From: an uncultured Candidatus Saccharibacteria bacterium
GTDB taxonomy: Bacteria > Patescibacteriota > Minisyncoccia > Phycocordibacterales > PALSA-1337
Length of the DNA: 64,000 nt
Assembly (NCBI GenBank): GCA_964532285.1
Contig: CAZHHB010000003.1
Span: forward strand, 3,626-67,625
Direction: 5' to 3'
How positions within the stretch are numbered: the stretch's first letter is position 1; the number at the start of each line of letters is the position of its first letter. Below, in pieces: positions 1 to 9,878 of the stretch. Below the pieces are notes generated by a model, which did not search any database, was not told where the DNA came from, and worked only from the letters and a program-made list of their open reading frames with translations. Both the position numbers and the translations under genes were made by a program.

Positions 1-237
1 ATTATATGCGGTGATTTTAATCTCTTGCCGGATACAAAATCCATTAAAATGCTTGATGATAAGTATGAAAATTTGATCAGGAAATACGAGATAAAAGATA
101 CGAGAGGTTCGTTGTATACCAAGGATCTTCGATATTCCGATTATGCTTTTACTGACACGAATATTATTGTACACAATTTTACTGTCCCAAATATGAGTGT
201 ATCCGATCATTTGCCATTAGTTATACATTTAAGTTAG
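1..237 (+). CDS. Endonuclease/exonuclease/phosphatase (EEP) family protein, C-terminal fragment (gene begins upstream of window)
   Basis: Reading frame is open from nt 1; translation IICGDFNLLPD...SDHLPLVIHL has the GDFN and SDHLP motifs typical of the EEP fold. Confidence 0.5.
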   Translation: MICGDFNLLPDTKSIKMLDDKYENLIRKYEIKDTRGSLYTKDLRYSDYAFTDTNIIVHNFTVPNMSVSDHLPLVIHLS

Positions 238-247
238 TATATTTTTT

Positions 248-799
248 ATGATCACAATAATTTTTGAAGCCCACGGTACCACTTTTGATAACGAGGCGCA
301 TCTGTCATCAGGACACAATGATGTCGCTCTTTCGCCATTAGGCATACAGCAGTCTAAGGAAATGGGTGAACGATATAAGGATGATCATTTTGATGCGATA
401 TTCTGTTCTGATCTTCAGCGTGCATATAAAAGTGCAGAAATTGGTTTTGGCAACAAATGGCCGATCATTAAAGATGTCAGACTTCGCGAGTGTAATTATG
501 GTGACTTAACCCAGGCTCCAAGTGAAAAAGTTGACGTTGAAAAACCGAAGAGAATCAATACACCATTTCCAAATGGAGAGAGCTATACACAGACAACTGC
601 GAGGGTGAAATCATTCTTGGAAGATTTGCTTAAGAATCATGACGGCCAAAAAGTTATGGTAATAGGACACCGTGCTACTCAATATGGTCTAGAAAATTTG
701 ATCAATGGAGTTTTGTTGGAAAAATTAACGACAACTCATTTCAAATGGCAACCGGGATGGAAATATGAGTTTAGTAAAATTGTATTGAGTAATAAATAA
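248..799 (+). CDS. Histidine phosphatase superfamily (phosphoglycerate mutase-like) protein
   Basis: N-terminal IIFEAHGTT (RHG-like catalytic His motif) and GHRATQ later; size ~180 aa typical of branch-1 histidine phosphatases. Confidence 0.55.
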   Translation: MITIIFEAHGTTFDNEAHLSSGHNDVALSPLGIQQSKEMGERYKDDHFDAIFCSDLQRAYKSAEIGFGNKWPIIKDVRLRECNYGDLTQAPSEKVDVEKPKRINTPFPNGESYTQTTARVKSFLEDLLKNHDGQKVMVIGHRATQYGLENLINGVLLEKLTTTHFKWQPGWKYEFSKIVLSNK

Positions 800-801
800 T
801 T

Positions 802-1443
802 ATGGCTATCATATACGCATTTGGAGACAGTATTACCTATGGTGCATGGGATATCAAGAAATCCGGATGGGCTACGCAGTTGAGGCAATTTCTCGATGAT
901 CTCCAAGAGAAAAATCCAGACTATTACTGTCTTTTTTATAATCTCGGTATTCCCGGAGAGACAACTGACGGTCTGGTAAAAAGATTTGAGAATGAACTAA
1001 CTGCTCGTGAAAGAGAGGGTGAGGAAGCTGTATTTATATTTGCCTTCGGCGCAAATGATGCAGCTTATCTTTCAAACGAGAAAAGCCTCCGAGTCTCAAA
1101 AGAAGATTTTAAAATTAATCTAGAAAAGGTAATCAAAAAAGCAACGGTCATTTCGAAAAAGATTTTGATTGTTAATATTTTGCCAGTTATAGAAAAAATG
1201 AATAGTACGCCTAGGAATGGGAAGATTAGGTTGAACAAATACATGGATGAATATAACTATGTGCTGCGAGAGATGGCAGATCAGTTCAAGGTACGGTTAA
1301 TTGACGTTAACTCTGTTTTTATGAAGGTAGGGCATGAGAACTTGTTTATTAAGGATGATGGTTTACATCCGAACGATGAAGGTCACAGGATTATGTTTGA
1401 GACAATTAAACCCATAGTTCAAGAATTGATTGGTTGGAACTAA
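802..1443 (+). CDS. SGNH/GDSL family hydrolase
   Basis: IYAFGDSITYG block I (GDS motif), GAND block, and C-terminal DGLHPNDEGH (block V DxxH). Confidence 0.65.
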   Translation: MAIIYAFGDSITYGAWDIKKSGWATQLRQFLDDLQEKNPDYYCLFYNLGIPGETTDGLVKRFENELTAREREGEEAVFIFAFGANDAAYLSNEKSLRVSKEDFKINLEKVIKKATVISKKILIVNILPVIEKMNSTPRNGKIRLNKYMDEYNYVLREMADQFKVRLIDVNSVFMKVGHENLFIKDDGLHPNDEGHRIMFETIKPIVQELIGWN

Positions 1444-2006
1444 TATACACAAATATGACTAAACAATTAGGCAAATTAAATATTATATCTATCACTGAAA
1501 ATCTCACATTGGTCGCTGAACCGACAGCTATCTTGTTGAAATCTTTGCAGAATGTTGATCAAGAAGTAGGTGTCACAGAAATCGATTCAAATTTTTCTGA
1601 TACTGCCGCTTTCTGTGAACATTATGAAATTAGTATCGCCCAAACGGTCAACTGTGTTGTTGTTAAGGCAACGCGAGGAGATAAATATTGGTATGCCGCT
1701 TGTATGATCTTCGGTAATACTCGAGCTGATGTGAATGGTTTAGTTCGTCGCCATTTAGGGGCTCGTAAGGCATCTTTTGCCCCCATGGAAGAAGCGGTAG
1801 CTTTAACCAAGATGGAATATGGAGGCATTACTCCGGTAGGGTTGCCGGCTGATTGGCCGATTTTGATTGATAAGGCAGTTGCCGACTCGCCTGAAGTCGT
1901 TATTGGAAGCGGAATCCGAAAGTCGAAACTCATTGCCTCTGGGAAATTTCTTGCAGGCTTGCCTAACGCAACTGTGTTAGAGGGTTTAGGAACAATAAAG
2001 TCATGA
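1434..2006 (+). CDS. YbaK/ProX-like aminoacyl-tRNA deacylase domain protein
   Basis: ARKASFAPMEEAVALTKMEYGGITPVGLP resembles the YbaK/ProX editing-domain core; 190 aa. Confidence 0.45.
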   Translation: MELIYTNMTKQLGKLNIISITENLTLVAEPTAILLKSLQNVDQEVGVTEIDSNFSDTAAFCEHYEISIAQTVNCVVVKATRGDKYWYAACMIFGNTRADVNGLVRRHLGARKASFAPMEEAVALTKMEYGGITPVGLPADWPILIDKAVADSPEVVIGSGIRKSKLIASGKFLAGLPNATVLEGLGTIKS

Positions 2007-2629
2007 AGAAACTCCTATTACTCTCTAGTAGCCGATTCCTAGTCGATAATACTCAAGTGTTTGAGAAGTCCTTTAGAGATCTCAGGATGGCATATGTGAC
2101 CACAGCCTCTAAAAGCGTCCCGAGTACTGCATATCTAGATCGGCATAGGCAATTTTTCAAGGAACAAAGATACAATGTCCAAGAATTGGATTTGGATGGC
2201 AAGAATGAAAATGAACTGAGAGATTTCCTGCAGGATTTTGACGCTGTTTTCGTGGAGGGTGGTAATAGCTTTTATCTCCTCAAATCCATTAGGGAAAGCG
2301 GTTTTGATAAAGTCATAAAGGAATTACTGCCCAAAGGATTGATCTACATCGGTGCAAGTGCGGGAAGCTATGTCACTTGTCCGACAATAGAAATGGCTCT
2401 TTGGAAACATCAGGATAAATACGATCATCATGGAGTAACTAATTTTACTGCTATGGGCTTAGTGCCATTCCTAATGACGGTTCATTACAAACCCGAAAAC
2501 AGGGATTTGCTGAAAGATAAAATATCAAAGACTAGTTATTCAACTAAGATTTTGGATGATGATCAGGCTCTCTTGATTGAAGATGATACAGTCAGACTTA
2601 TCGGAAAAGGAGAAGAAATAAAACTATGA
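2003..2629 (+). CDS. Peptidase S51 (dipeptidase E-like)
   Basis: VEGGNSFYLL ... YIGASAGS matches the S51 catalytic Ser region; start overlaps the upstream stop by 4 nt (operon). Confidence 0.55.
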   Translation: MKKLLLLSSSRFLVDNTQVFEKSFRDLRMAYVTTASKSVPSTAYLDRHRQFFKEQRYNVQELDLDGKNENELRDFLQDFDAVFVEGGNSFYLLKSIRESGFDKVIKELLPKGLIYIGASAGSYVTCPTIEMALWKHQDKYDHHGVTNFTAMGLVPFLMTVHYKPENRDLLKDKISKTSYSTKILDDDQALLIEDDTVRLIGKGEEIKL

Positions 2630-2916
2630 AACAAATCACTCTTATCAATCTGGAGAATGTTTCAACGCAAGAAGCTGAAAAATTTGCGGTTCGAACTGCT
2701 GCTCGGGCGATAGTTTTTGATGAAAATAATAATATTGCACTACTTCATGCCACTAAATATGACTATTTTAAGTTACCTGGTGGTGGAATAGAAAAAGGCG
2801 AAGATCCTGAATCAGCAATGAGACGTGAATGCTTGGAAGAGATCGGTTGTAACGTCGAAGTCACTGGAGAACTTGGAACCATTCTTGAATATCGCAAGAG
2901 ATTTAAGCATTTGTAG
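2626..2916 (+). CDS. Nudix hydrolase (short, 96 aa; possibly truncated)
   Basis: Nudix box LPGGGIEKGEDPESAMRRECLEEIGCNV (GX5EX7REUXEEXGU). Confidence 0.55.
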   Translation: MKQITLINLENVSTQEAEKFAVRTAARAIVFDENNNIALLHATKYDYFKLPGGGIEKGEDPESAMRRECLEEIGCNVEVTGELGTILEYRKRFKHL

Positions 2917-2921
2917 TTTTT

Positions 2922-3506
2922 ATGAAAATAATCCGACCAAAATCAAAACAACCAATTCCAGACAATGCCGAGCTGGTATTTAAAGGCGTACTTTTCGATG
3001 TGTATCAATGGGAACAGAAAATGTTTGATGGTACCACAGCTACCTTCGAAAAATTAAAGCGTCCCGATACCGTGGTAGTTTTTCCTGTATTGCCTGATGG
3101 CAAAATCATCCTGACTGAGCAAGAGCAGCCAGGAAAGGAGCCATTCATAGGAGCAACTGGTGGGAGGGTAGATAAAGATGAAGACATTTTGGATGCTGCT
3201 AGACGAGAACTCCTAGAGGAGAGTGGATACGAAGCAAAAGAATTTATCCTATGGGATGCACAACATCCCACGAGTAAGATTGATTGGGTGATATATACAT
3301 TTATTGCGAAAGGTTTGAAGAAAGTAGCAGATCTTGATTTGGATAGCGGTGAGAAGATAACGCTTAAGCCGGTGACATTCGATGAATTTATTGATCTTGG
3401 AACAGATGAAGAGTTTGCAGAAAAAGAGATTATTTTTAAGTTACTAGAAGCAAAGCTCTATCCTAAAAAGAAAGCTGAAATGCAAAAACTCTTTAATCCC
3501 ATTTAA
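2922..3506 (+). CDS. Nudix hydrolase
   Basis: GATGGRVDKDEDILDAARRELLEESGYEA Nudix box. Confidence 0.65.
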   Translation: MKIIRPKSKQPIPDNAELVFKGVLFDVYQWEQKMFDGTTATFEKLKRPDTVVVFPVLPDGKIILTEQEQPGKEPFIGATGGRVDKDEDILDAARRELLEESGYEAKEFILWDAQHPTSKIDWVIYTFIAKGLKKVADLDLDSGEKITLKPVTFDEFIDLGTDEEFAEKEIIFKLLEAKLYPKKKAEMQKLFNPI

Positions 3507-3610
3507 TCATATGAAAGCTGTCTATTTTGAGAAATCAGGAAACGTAGATGTCCTCAAATAACGGCTTAAATCCGTTCGGATAACATCCCAGACGGCCAGC
3601 AAATTAAATC

Positions 3611-4135
3611 ATGAATAACAAAATATTTAATGTTCGAAAATCCAGCATAGAAGGTCAGGGGATTTTTGCCCTATCACTCATATCTAAGGGTCAAAAGATT
3701 TGCTCATTCAAGGGCGCAAGGATGACTATCAAGGAGCTTAAGGACAAGTATAGTTCTGGTGAGGAAAGGATCGATGACCCATTTCAGATCGGTAACGATA
3801 CCTATATTGATCTAGAAGAACCATATGTCTTTTTCAATCATTCCTGCATTCCAAATGCTGGTGTAAGAGACACCGGTACTTTATTTGCTCTCAGGGATAT
3901 CAAATTGGGAGAAGAAATCACTTACGACTATTCTACTACTGAATGGACGGATGATAACGCTTGGGGAATTGACTGGACTGATCTGTGGAAAATTCCATGT
4001 AATTGCGGAACTCAAGCTTGTCGTGGAGAAATACGCGTTTTCTCTCTATTGTCTGATGAGTTGAAAGATAGTTATCGCAAGCAGGATGCTTTAATGGATT
4101 TCATTCTCGCTCGGCTTGACCAGTATGCTTCTTAA
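3611..4135 (+). CDS. SET-domain protein (lysine methyltransferase fold)
   Basis: NHSCIPNAG (SET NHSC motif), ITYDY, and post-SET Cys cluster CNCGTQACRG. Confidence 0.7.
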   Translation: MNNKIFNVRKSSIEGQGIFALSLISKGQKICSFKGARMTIKELKDKYSSGEERIDDPFQIGNDTYIDLEEPYVFFNHSCIPNAGVRDTGTLFALRDIKLGEEITYDYSTTEWTDDNAWGIDWTDLWKIPCNCGTQACRGEIRVFSLLSDELKDSYRKQDALMDFILARLDQYAS

Positions 4136-4216
4136 TAAAAGTTCCAATTTCGTCCCAGACAGTCAGCAAATAAAAACTGCCCCACATTTCTGTGTGCAGT
4201 TCGTGTTGCGAATATT

Positions 4217-4885
4217 TTACAGACTTTCAACTTGAGTAAGAATAGCTTTCAGCTCTCCTGCCTCAAGATAAGTCCGAACCTCGTCCAAAAACTCTTGTAG
4301 GTTTTTTCCATGTTGTAATGAATAGATCTTAGCTTGAAAAGCCATCTCAAGCTTATCCAGCTGTCTGACCAACTTTGCCTCTGGACTTGCACCCTCCTCG
4401 AATTCTTCCCATAACTGCAAGTAATCACCAGCGTTAGGTAAGTCCTTGAGTAAGGCAATTATGGCATCATGCTCTGCCAAGTATTTTTCTTTCTTGCCAG
4501 CGTCGTCTTGTGGTGAGCGAGGATCTCCATTGATAATCTCGCCTAATTCATGTGTAAGGCACATTTTGATAACTTTGAAGCAATCAAGTTTAGGAAAATA
4601 TAGCTCACAGATAAATAGGCCGAGCAGAGACATTCCAAAGACATGGTCAGCGACGCTTTCACAGAATTTTTCAGGGATATCGCGTCCTTCGCGTAACCAT
4701 CCTTGGCTATAGAGCTGTTTGAGGTGGTTTAGTTGGAAATACAACAGAACAATCGGTTCAACCCGTTTGCCTGTCAAGAATAGGGCGGCATTTGAGTTTT
4801 TTGTTTTCATCTGTATACCAATATACGTGATTCGCCAGAATTGTCTAGTTGTTGCATAATAGTTCCTATATTGACTTTGTATCAT
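4217..4885 (-). CDS. HD-domain phosphohydrolase (YfbR-like 5'-deoxynucleotidase family)
   Basis: ADHVFGMSLL ... THELGEIINGD (H...HD metal-binding motifs). Confidence 0.6.
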   Translation of the reverse strand: MIQSQYRNYYATTRQFWRITYIGIQMKTKNSNAALFLTGKRVEPIVLLYFQLNHLKQLYSQGWLREGRDIPEKFCESVADHVFGMSLLGLFICELYFPKLDCFKVIKMCLTHELGEIINGDPRSPQDDAGKKEKYLAEHDAIIALLKDLPNAGDYLQLWEEFEEGASPEAKLVRQLDKLEMAFQAKIYSLQHGKNLQEFLDEVRTYLEAGELKAILTQVESL

Positions 4886-4922
4886 ATATGACTATATTTA
4901 CGATAGAGATCTACGGTATAGA

Positions 4923-5240
4923 TTGATTTGCATGTCGTCATGCAAGACCGATTCTCTATTCCATACATTCACAATGCCTACCAATACATTGCCTCGAAGC
5001 AAAGAGGATCTTTCTCCCAAAGAACGATCATTCTTCGATTCTATGATTCAACAAATCCCTGAGGTTGAAGCGTTCTTCCGTCTCCACAATGTTACGTTTC
5101 GCTTCCGGGTTCCTGCTGATTTTACAAAAGAAGAATTTGATCGTGTCGGACACTGCCTCACCATTTTGAGCTGGGATTGGGAGGAACTTGGAATTCGCGG
5201 CGAACGCCGTTGGTCATACATCCTCGATCCGGGAGTATAA
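4923..5240 (+). CDS. Hypothetical protein
   Basis: ORF only; followed by an intrinsic terminator. Confidence 0.3.
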   Translation: MICMSSCKTDSLFHTFTMPTNTLPRSKEDLSPKERSFFDSMIQQIPEVEAFFRLHNVTFRFRVPADFTKEEFDRVGHCLTILSWDWEELGIRGERRWSYILDPGV

Positions 5241-5277
5241 CTTCTCATCGCCAGGTCTGTCAGATATTTTGTCACCA

Positions 5278-5305
5278 TCTCCGCCTCTGATTGGGCGGAG
5301 TTTTT
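5278..5305 (+). terminator. Rho-independent terminator
   Basis: ctccgcc-tctgattg-ggcggag followed by ttttt. Confidence 0.6.
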
Positions 5306-5385
5306 ATATAGTTATTTCAACCTCACTTCACACGGCCAGCAATACGATTGGTTAAAAGGTCTAAAAATGTTAAAATCGTTAAATC

Positions 5386-6000
5386 ATGGACTTAAAGGCA
5401 ACCTACAACAAAATAGCCGAAGATTGGTTTAAGGATCATCATGGCGATACTTGGTGGCAAGAAGGCACAGAGAAATTTCTTACCGAACTTCCAAAGAACG
5501 CATCTATTTTAGATGTTGGATGTGGCGCTGGAGTTAAATCTCGATATCTTACAAATAAAGGTTTTAAGGTTACCGGAATTGATTTCTCAGAAAAGATGAT
5601 TGAGATCGCCAAACGAGAATCCCCAGAGATTCCATTTGAAGTTGTTGATGTGTATGAAATAGATAAATACCCCAAAACATTCGACGGCGTCTTTGCTCAA
5701 GCCGTTCTACTCCATATTCCAAAAGAAAAGATTCGATCAGTTCTTGCAAAACTAAAAGGTAAGATAAAACCAAACGGCCTTCTCTACATTGCCGTTAAGG
5801 GAATGCGAGATGATGGTGTTGAGGAGGCGGTAAAGAAAGAAGACGATTATGGATATGAATATGAGAGATTTTTCAGCTTCTTCAATCTTTCCGAATTAGA
5901 GAGTTATCTAAAAGAACTTGGTATGGAGATAATCTGGAAAACCAGTACTACCTCTAGTCGAGCCGATTGGTTGCAGATTGTCGGGAGGAATTCAGGCTGA
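5386..6000 (+). CDS. Class I SAM-dependent methyltransferase
   Basis: ILDVGCGAGVKS motif I (GxGxG), acidic residue after beta-2 (GIDFSE). Confidence 0.7.
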   Translation: MDLKATYNKIAEDWFKDHHGDTWWQEGTEKFLTELPKNASILDVGCGAGVKSRYLTNKGFKVTGIDFSEKMIEIAKRESPEIPFEVVDVYEIDKYPKTFDGVFAQAVLLHIPKEKIRSVLAKLKGKIKPNGLLYIAVKGMRDDGVEEAVKKEDDYGYEYERFFSFFNLSELESYLKELGMEIIWKTSTTSSRADWLQIVGRNSG

Positions 6001-6066
6001 TTGCCCTAAGACAATATATAGTGAGAGGTCTTAATCGGTAGCAATAAGTTTGGTACAATTACAAAC

Positions 6067-6462
6067 ATGAAATGTGTAATCTCAGGAAGTTTCAGAAAAC
6101 ATTACGACGATATCTGTAGAACGATTTCTGATTTTGAAAGATTGGGCGTGGAAGTACTTTCTCCCAAGAAATCATCTGTAGTAGATTCGAACGAGGCTTT
6201 CGTTATCCTTGAGACCGATAAGTCGAGTGATCCAAAGAAATTAGAAGAGGACCACCTAAATGCAATACGGCAATGCGATTTCCTCTATGTATGCAATCCT
6301 GATGGATACATCGGTGCGAGTACGCTATTGGAAATAGGTTTTGCTATCGGAGTCGATAAAGAGATATACTGTATTAAGCAACCAAAAGAGCTCATCATCG
6401 ATGTCTTAATAGCAGGGGTTGCTTCTCCCAAGGAGATAATTCATATTTATGCTACAACTTAA
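6067..6462 (+). CDS. Nucleoside 2-deoxyribosyltransferase-like protein
   Basis: CNPDGYIGASTLLEIGFAIGVDKEIYCI resembles the NDT family Glu-containing catalytic region; ~130 aa Rossmann-like. Confidence 0.4.
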   Translation: MKCVISGSFRKHYDDICRTISDFERLGVEVLSPKKSSVVDSNEAFVILETDKSSDPKKLEEDHLNAIRQCDFLYVCNPDGYIGASTLLEIGFAIGVDKEIYCIKQPKELIIDVLIAGVASPKEIIHIYATT

Positions 6463-6769
6463 GAAAAACCCAACACTGAAAGATTATCAGACATATGTTG
6501 CTGATATGGTCAAAGAACGAGGGTTCGATAAGGAGTCCGTGCCGCAACTTTTCATGCTTCTCATGGAAGAGTGTGGTGAGTTTGCAAAAGCTGCTAGGAA
6601 ATCGCAAGGCATACATATTGACTCTGCGTCAGAGAAATACAATACCGGTCACGAAGCTGCCGATATTCTTATATACCTTTTGGATATTTGTAATCACTAT
6701 GGAATTGATTTGGAAGAAGCTTTTAGGAGTAAAGAAGATATCAATTCTAAACGGAATTGGACGAAATGA
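6449..6769 (+). CDS. MazG-like nucleotide pyrophosphohydrolase
   Basis: EECGEFAKAA ... EAADILIYLLDICNHYGIDLEEAF (EExxE...D MazG motifs). Confidence 0.7.
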   Translation: MLQLKKNPTLKDYQTYVADMVKERGFDKESVPQLFMLLMEECGEFAKAARKSQGIHIDSASEKYNTGHEAADILIYLLDICNHYGIDLEEAFRSKEDINSKRNWTK

Positions 6770-6820
6770 CGGTTCCAACTTTGTCCCACACGGCTAGCAA
6801 TAATCAAATCCGTACACCCT

Positions 6821-7465
6821 ATGAATATTATATTGAAAGTTCCATTTTACTCCAATACTCCTGACAATATACATTGTGTTCAGGCGTGCATGAAAATGGT
6901 GTTGGAATATTTTTCTCCGGATAAAAAGTTGTCGTTTGAAGAATGGGATAAGATTTCATGTCACAAAGAAGGCTTATGGACATGGTCCATGGCCAGTCTT
7001 ATCTGGTTTAAGAAAAATAATTTTGAGGTGATCAATATAGAGGCATTTGAATATGAACATTTTTCAAATGAAGGTGAAAAGTATATTATTGATTTCTTCG
7101 GCGAAGAAGTTGGACAGTCTCAGATTAGACATTCAGATATCCAACAGGAGATTATTATCTCAAGAGATTTCATCAAGGAAATTGAATCTGAGATTCGCGT
7201 GCCGAACATACAGGATATTAGATCACTTCTCAAGAATGGATTTGTCGTCGTGTGTTCTATTAACGCAAACGCGTTGGATGATCTTGAGGGTTATTCAGGT
7301 CATTCTATTGTCGTAAAAGGTTGTACTGATTCAGGTTTGATAATACAAGATCCAGGCTTGCCCCCAAGACAAGACTACGAAGTCTGTGACGCGCAATTCT
7401 ATAAGTCGTGGGCATATCCAGATGAGAAAGCTCCTAATCTGACGGCCTTTAAATTAAATATATAA
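6821..7465 (+). CDS. Putative papain-like cysteine peptidase (C39-like domain)
   Basis: N-terminal Cys in HCVQACMKMVLEYF, C-terminal GYSGHSIVVKG...QDPG: Cys/His/Asp order as in peptidase_C39-like proteins. Confidence 0.35.
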   Translation: MNIILKVPFYSNTPDNIHCVQACMKMVLEYFSPDKKLSFEEWDKISCHKEGLWTWSMASLIWFKKNNFEVINIEAFEYEHFSNEGEKYIIDFFGEEVGQSQIRHSDIQQEIIISRDFIKEIESEIRVPNIQDIRSLLKNGFVVVCSINANALDDLEGYSGHSIVVKGCTDSGLIIQDPGLPPRQDYEVCDAQFYKSWAYPDEKAPNLTAFKLNI

Positions 7466-7554
7466 AATAGTAAATTTTAAAGCCCATTGGGAATAATGGA
7501 AATCAAATCCACACTGACAAATAGTTTTTTTATCTCTGATATAATAGTAATGTC

Positions 7555-7995
7555 ATGAAAATATATGTTTTAGGAAGTAATCGCTTTTTGGCAGAGATGC
7601 TTGCTTGCAAGGATAAGCTATGCGAGATCGGAATGGATGGTTGGATCCACCCTGATTATGAGGCTTTTGGTAGAGGCGAGAAATTGGATATTTGGAAGAG
7701 GGCGCATAGTGGTGAACATGTGCAAGTTAAAAAGGAAAATAATTATGTTAAGGAACATTACAAAAATATCTGCGATAGCGATGCGATCTTGGTCGTCAAT
7801 TCCGAGAAAGATGGGATGAAAAACTATATCGGTCCAAATGTTTTGATCGAAATGGGACAAGCTTATGTAAATGACAAAAAGATATTTTTATTGAACGAGA
7901 TTCCTGTGGGAATGCCACATACTGACGAGGTTGAGACATTTGATCCTATCTGTCTGCATGGTGAACTAGAGAATATTACCAAATATCATAAATGA
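7555..7995 (+). CDS. Nucleoside 2-deoxyribosyltransferase-like protein (second copy)
   Basis: MKIYVLGS start and NVLIEMGQAYVNDKKIFLL pattern similar to the NDT-like core. Confidence 0.35.
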   Translation: MKIYVLGSNRFLAEMLACKDKLCEIGMDGWIHPDYEAFGRGEKLDIWKRAHSGEHVQVKKENNYVKEHYKNICDSDAILVVNSEKDGMKNYIGPNVLIEMGQAYVNDKKIFLLNEIPVGMPHTDEVETFDPICLHGELENITKYHK

Positions 7996-8564
7996 ACATG
8001 ACCAACAGGAAAGAAGAAATGCTTGAAGTTGTAGATGAAAATGATGTTGTCATTGACTTGAAATCAAGGAAAGAGATACATCAAAAGGGGTTGTTACATC
8101 GCGAAATTCATATTTGGTTTATAACTCCGACCAAAGAGATTATTTTTCAACATCGTGCGAAAGACAAAGATACATATCCAGACAAATTGGATGCAACAGT
8201 AGGCGGACATGTCGAGCCTGGTATGTCGTATGGTGATACGGCTGTGAAAGAGTGTGCTGAAGAAACCGGTATAAATATTGATCCTTCAAAGTTAAGAATG
8301 GTAGGAAAGATTTTTAAGAAAACTATTGATGAGGCGACAGGGCTCATAAACAACACAATCCGATCACAGTATGTATACCTGTTTGACGGTAAAATAAGCG
8401 ACCTACAAATAGAGCCCGGTAAGGCATTGGGTTTTGAGGCTTGGAGAATAGATTCTTTGCATGACCTTAAGCAAGAAGATAAAAATAGGTTTATTCCAGT
8501 CATACTTTCAAGCGAGATGCTGGAACTATTTGATGAAGGGCAGAAGTTATTGAATCTCAAGTAA
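7992..8564 (+). CDS. Nudix hydrolase
   Basis: GGHVEPGMSYGDTAVKECAEETGINI Nudix box. Confidence 0.65.
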   Translation: MNMTNRKEEMLEVVDENDVVIDLKSRKEIHQKGLLHREIHIWFITPTKEIIFQHRAKDKDTYPDKLDATVGGHVEPGMSYGDTAVKECAEETGINIDPSKLRMVGKIFKKTIDEATGLINNTIRSQYVYLFDGKISDLQIEPGKALGFEAWRIDSLHDLKQEDKNRFIPVILSSEMLELFDEGQKLLNLK

Positions 8565-8578
8565 ATAAATCAAAAACC

Positions 8579-9034
8579 ATGTCGCACATACACGAAAAAA
8601 TAGATTTTACTGTAGAAGTATTTGTCGTTTACAAAGATAAGGTTCTCCTTCGACTGCACGAAAAATATAAAATCTGGCTAAGTGTTGGTGGACATATTGA
8701 ATTGGATGAAGAGTCAAACCAGGCTGCATTACGGGAAGTAAAAGAAGAGGTGGGGTTAGATGTAAATCTTCTTGATGATTTGAGACCATTCGAAAGCGAG
8801 GACGGGGAGTACAAAGAACTAATCCCTCCAAAATTTTTAAATATGAACAGAATAAGTCCGACCCATCAGCATGTAACACTAACTTACTTTGCGAAGACAG
8901 ATAATGATAATATAAAGCCAGAAAGCCCAGAGGATAAATGGAAATGGGTGACTAGTGACGAGTTGGATAAGATGGACCTGAGGCCGAGCATAAAATATTA
9001 TGCTAAGAAAGCTCTTGAGGAATTGGGATCCTGA
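8579..9034 (+). CDS. Nudix hydrolase
   Basis: VGGHIELDEESNQAALREVKEEVGLDV Nudix box. Confidence 0.65.
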   Translation: MSHIHEKIDFTVEVFVVYKDKVLLRLHEKYKIWLSVGGHIELDEESNQAALREVKEEVGLDVNLLDDLRPFESEDGEYKELIPPKFLNMNRISPTHQHVTLTYFAKTDNDNIKPESPEDKWKWVTSDELDKMDLRPSIKYYAKKALEELGS

Positions 9035-9100
9035 TATCTTTCTTGAAATAGTTCCAACCTCGAACCATGCGGTTCACAAATACTTTTGATATAATCAAAA

Positions 9101-9331
9101 TTACCTAGTCGTACCAGTGGTATCCGTCGATGGAGCTGCCGGAAGGGTTACATTTACGGTCGTAACGCCGTTCGGTACCGCTTGTGTTTGCGGAGATGTT
9201 CGATTTCTCAAATAAGGTATACCGAAAATCACTAAAAGAACGACGATTAGTGCTCCAAAGATGATTCCGATAACCACTCCTGCCGATGAATCTTCGGTTG
9301 TGCTGGGTGGTGTATTGATGATTGTAGTCAT
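9101..9331 (-). CDS. Small single-pass membrane protein
   Basis: Hydrophobic stretch VVIGIIFGALIVVLLVIFGI. Confidence 0.3.
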   Translation of the reverse strand: MTTIINTPPSTTEDSSAGVVIGIIFGALIVVLLVIFGIPYLRNRTSPQTQAVPNGVTTVNVTLPAAPSTDTTGTTR

Positions 9332-9416
9332 ATGATTCTATAAATTATGATGATAAACTGTTCTATACTGCTCATAGGAATAGCCGTATAACCAGCGTGA
9401 CCATTACAACGACATC

Positions 9417-9878
9417 ATGAAATGGAAGAAACCACCAACCGCAAAAATATATGAAGCACTGGGAGCCGTTGCTGATGATCGTATTGATCTGATCGGTAAT
9501 ACAGCGAAAGTGTATTCTTCGAGTCGTAATAAATACTATGATGTCAGTTATGATTCGGAAAAGAAGGCAATCATGGCCAACGACAACGGTTCATATTGGA
9601 GGGGTTATCTCGGATACCCATCAATAGCTTTTCTAATGAAATCAGGACTCCTCTCCTATGACCAGGAAATAGCAGAATTACTTAAGGGGATATCCTGGAA
9701 AGATATCAATCAAAAGTTTAAGAATGATTTCGATAAAGCTCTGGAATATATACTTTCACCCAAGACGAATGAACAAGTACACATACTTAAGAATTTTGTA
9801 CAAAAAGTTGAAGATGAGATCGTCTCTCTAGATTTAAGTCTTTTAGGTAAGAAGACTATTCCACCAGACGGCTACTGA
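9417..9878 (+). CDS. Hypothetical protein
   Basis: ORF only. Confidence 0.3.
   Translation: MKWKKPPTAKIYEALGAVADDRIDLIGNTAKVYSSSRNKYYDVSYDSEKKAIMANDNGSYWRGYLGYPSIAFLMKSGLLSYDQEIAELLKGISWKDINQKFKNDFDKALEYILSPKTNEQVHILKNFVQKVEDEIVSLDLSLLGKKTIPPDGY

Noticed and set aside
1622-1933. Minus-strand 103-aa ORF overlapping the YbaK-like gene
   Set aside because: Embedded antisense ORF without signals
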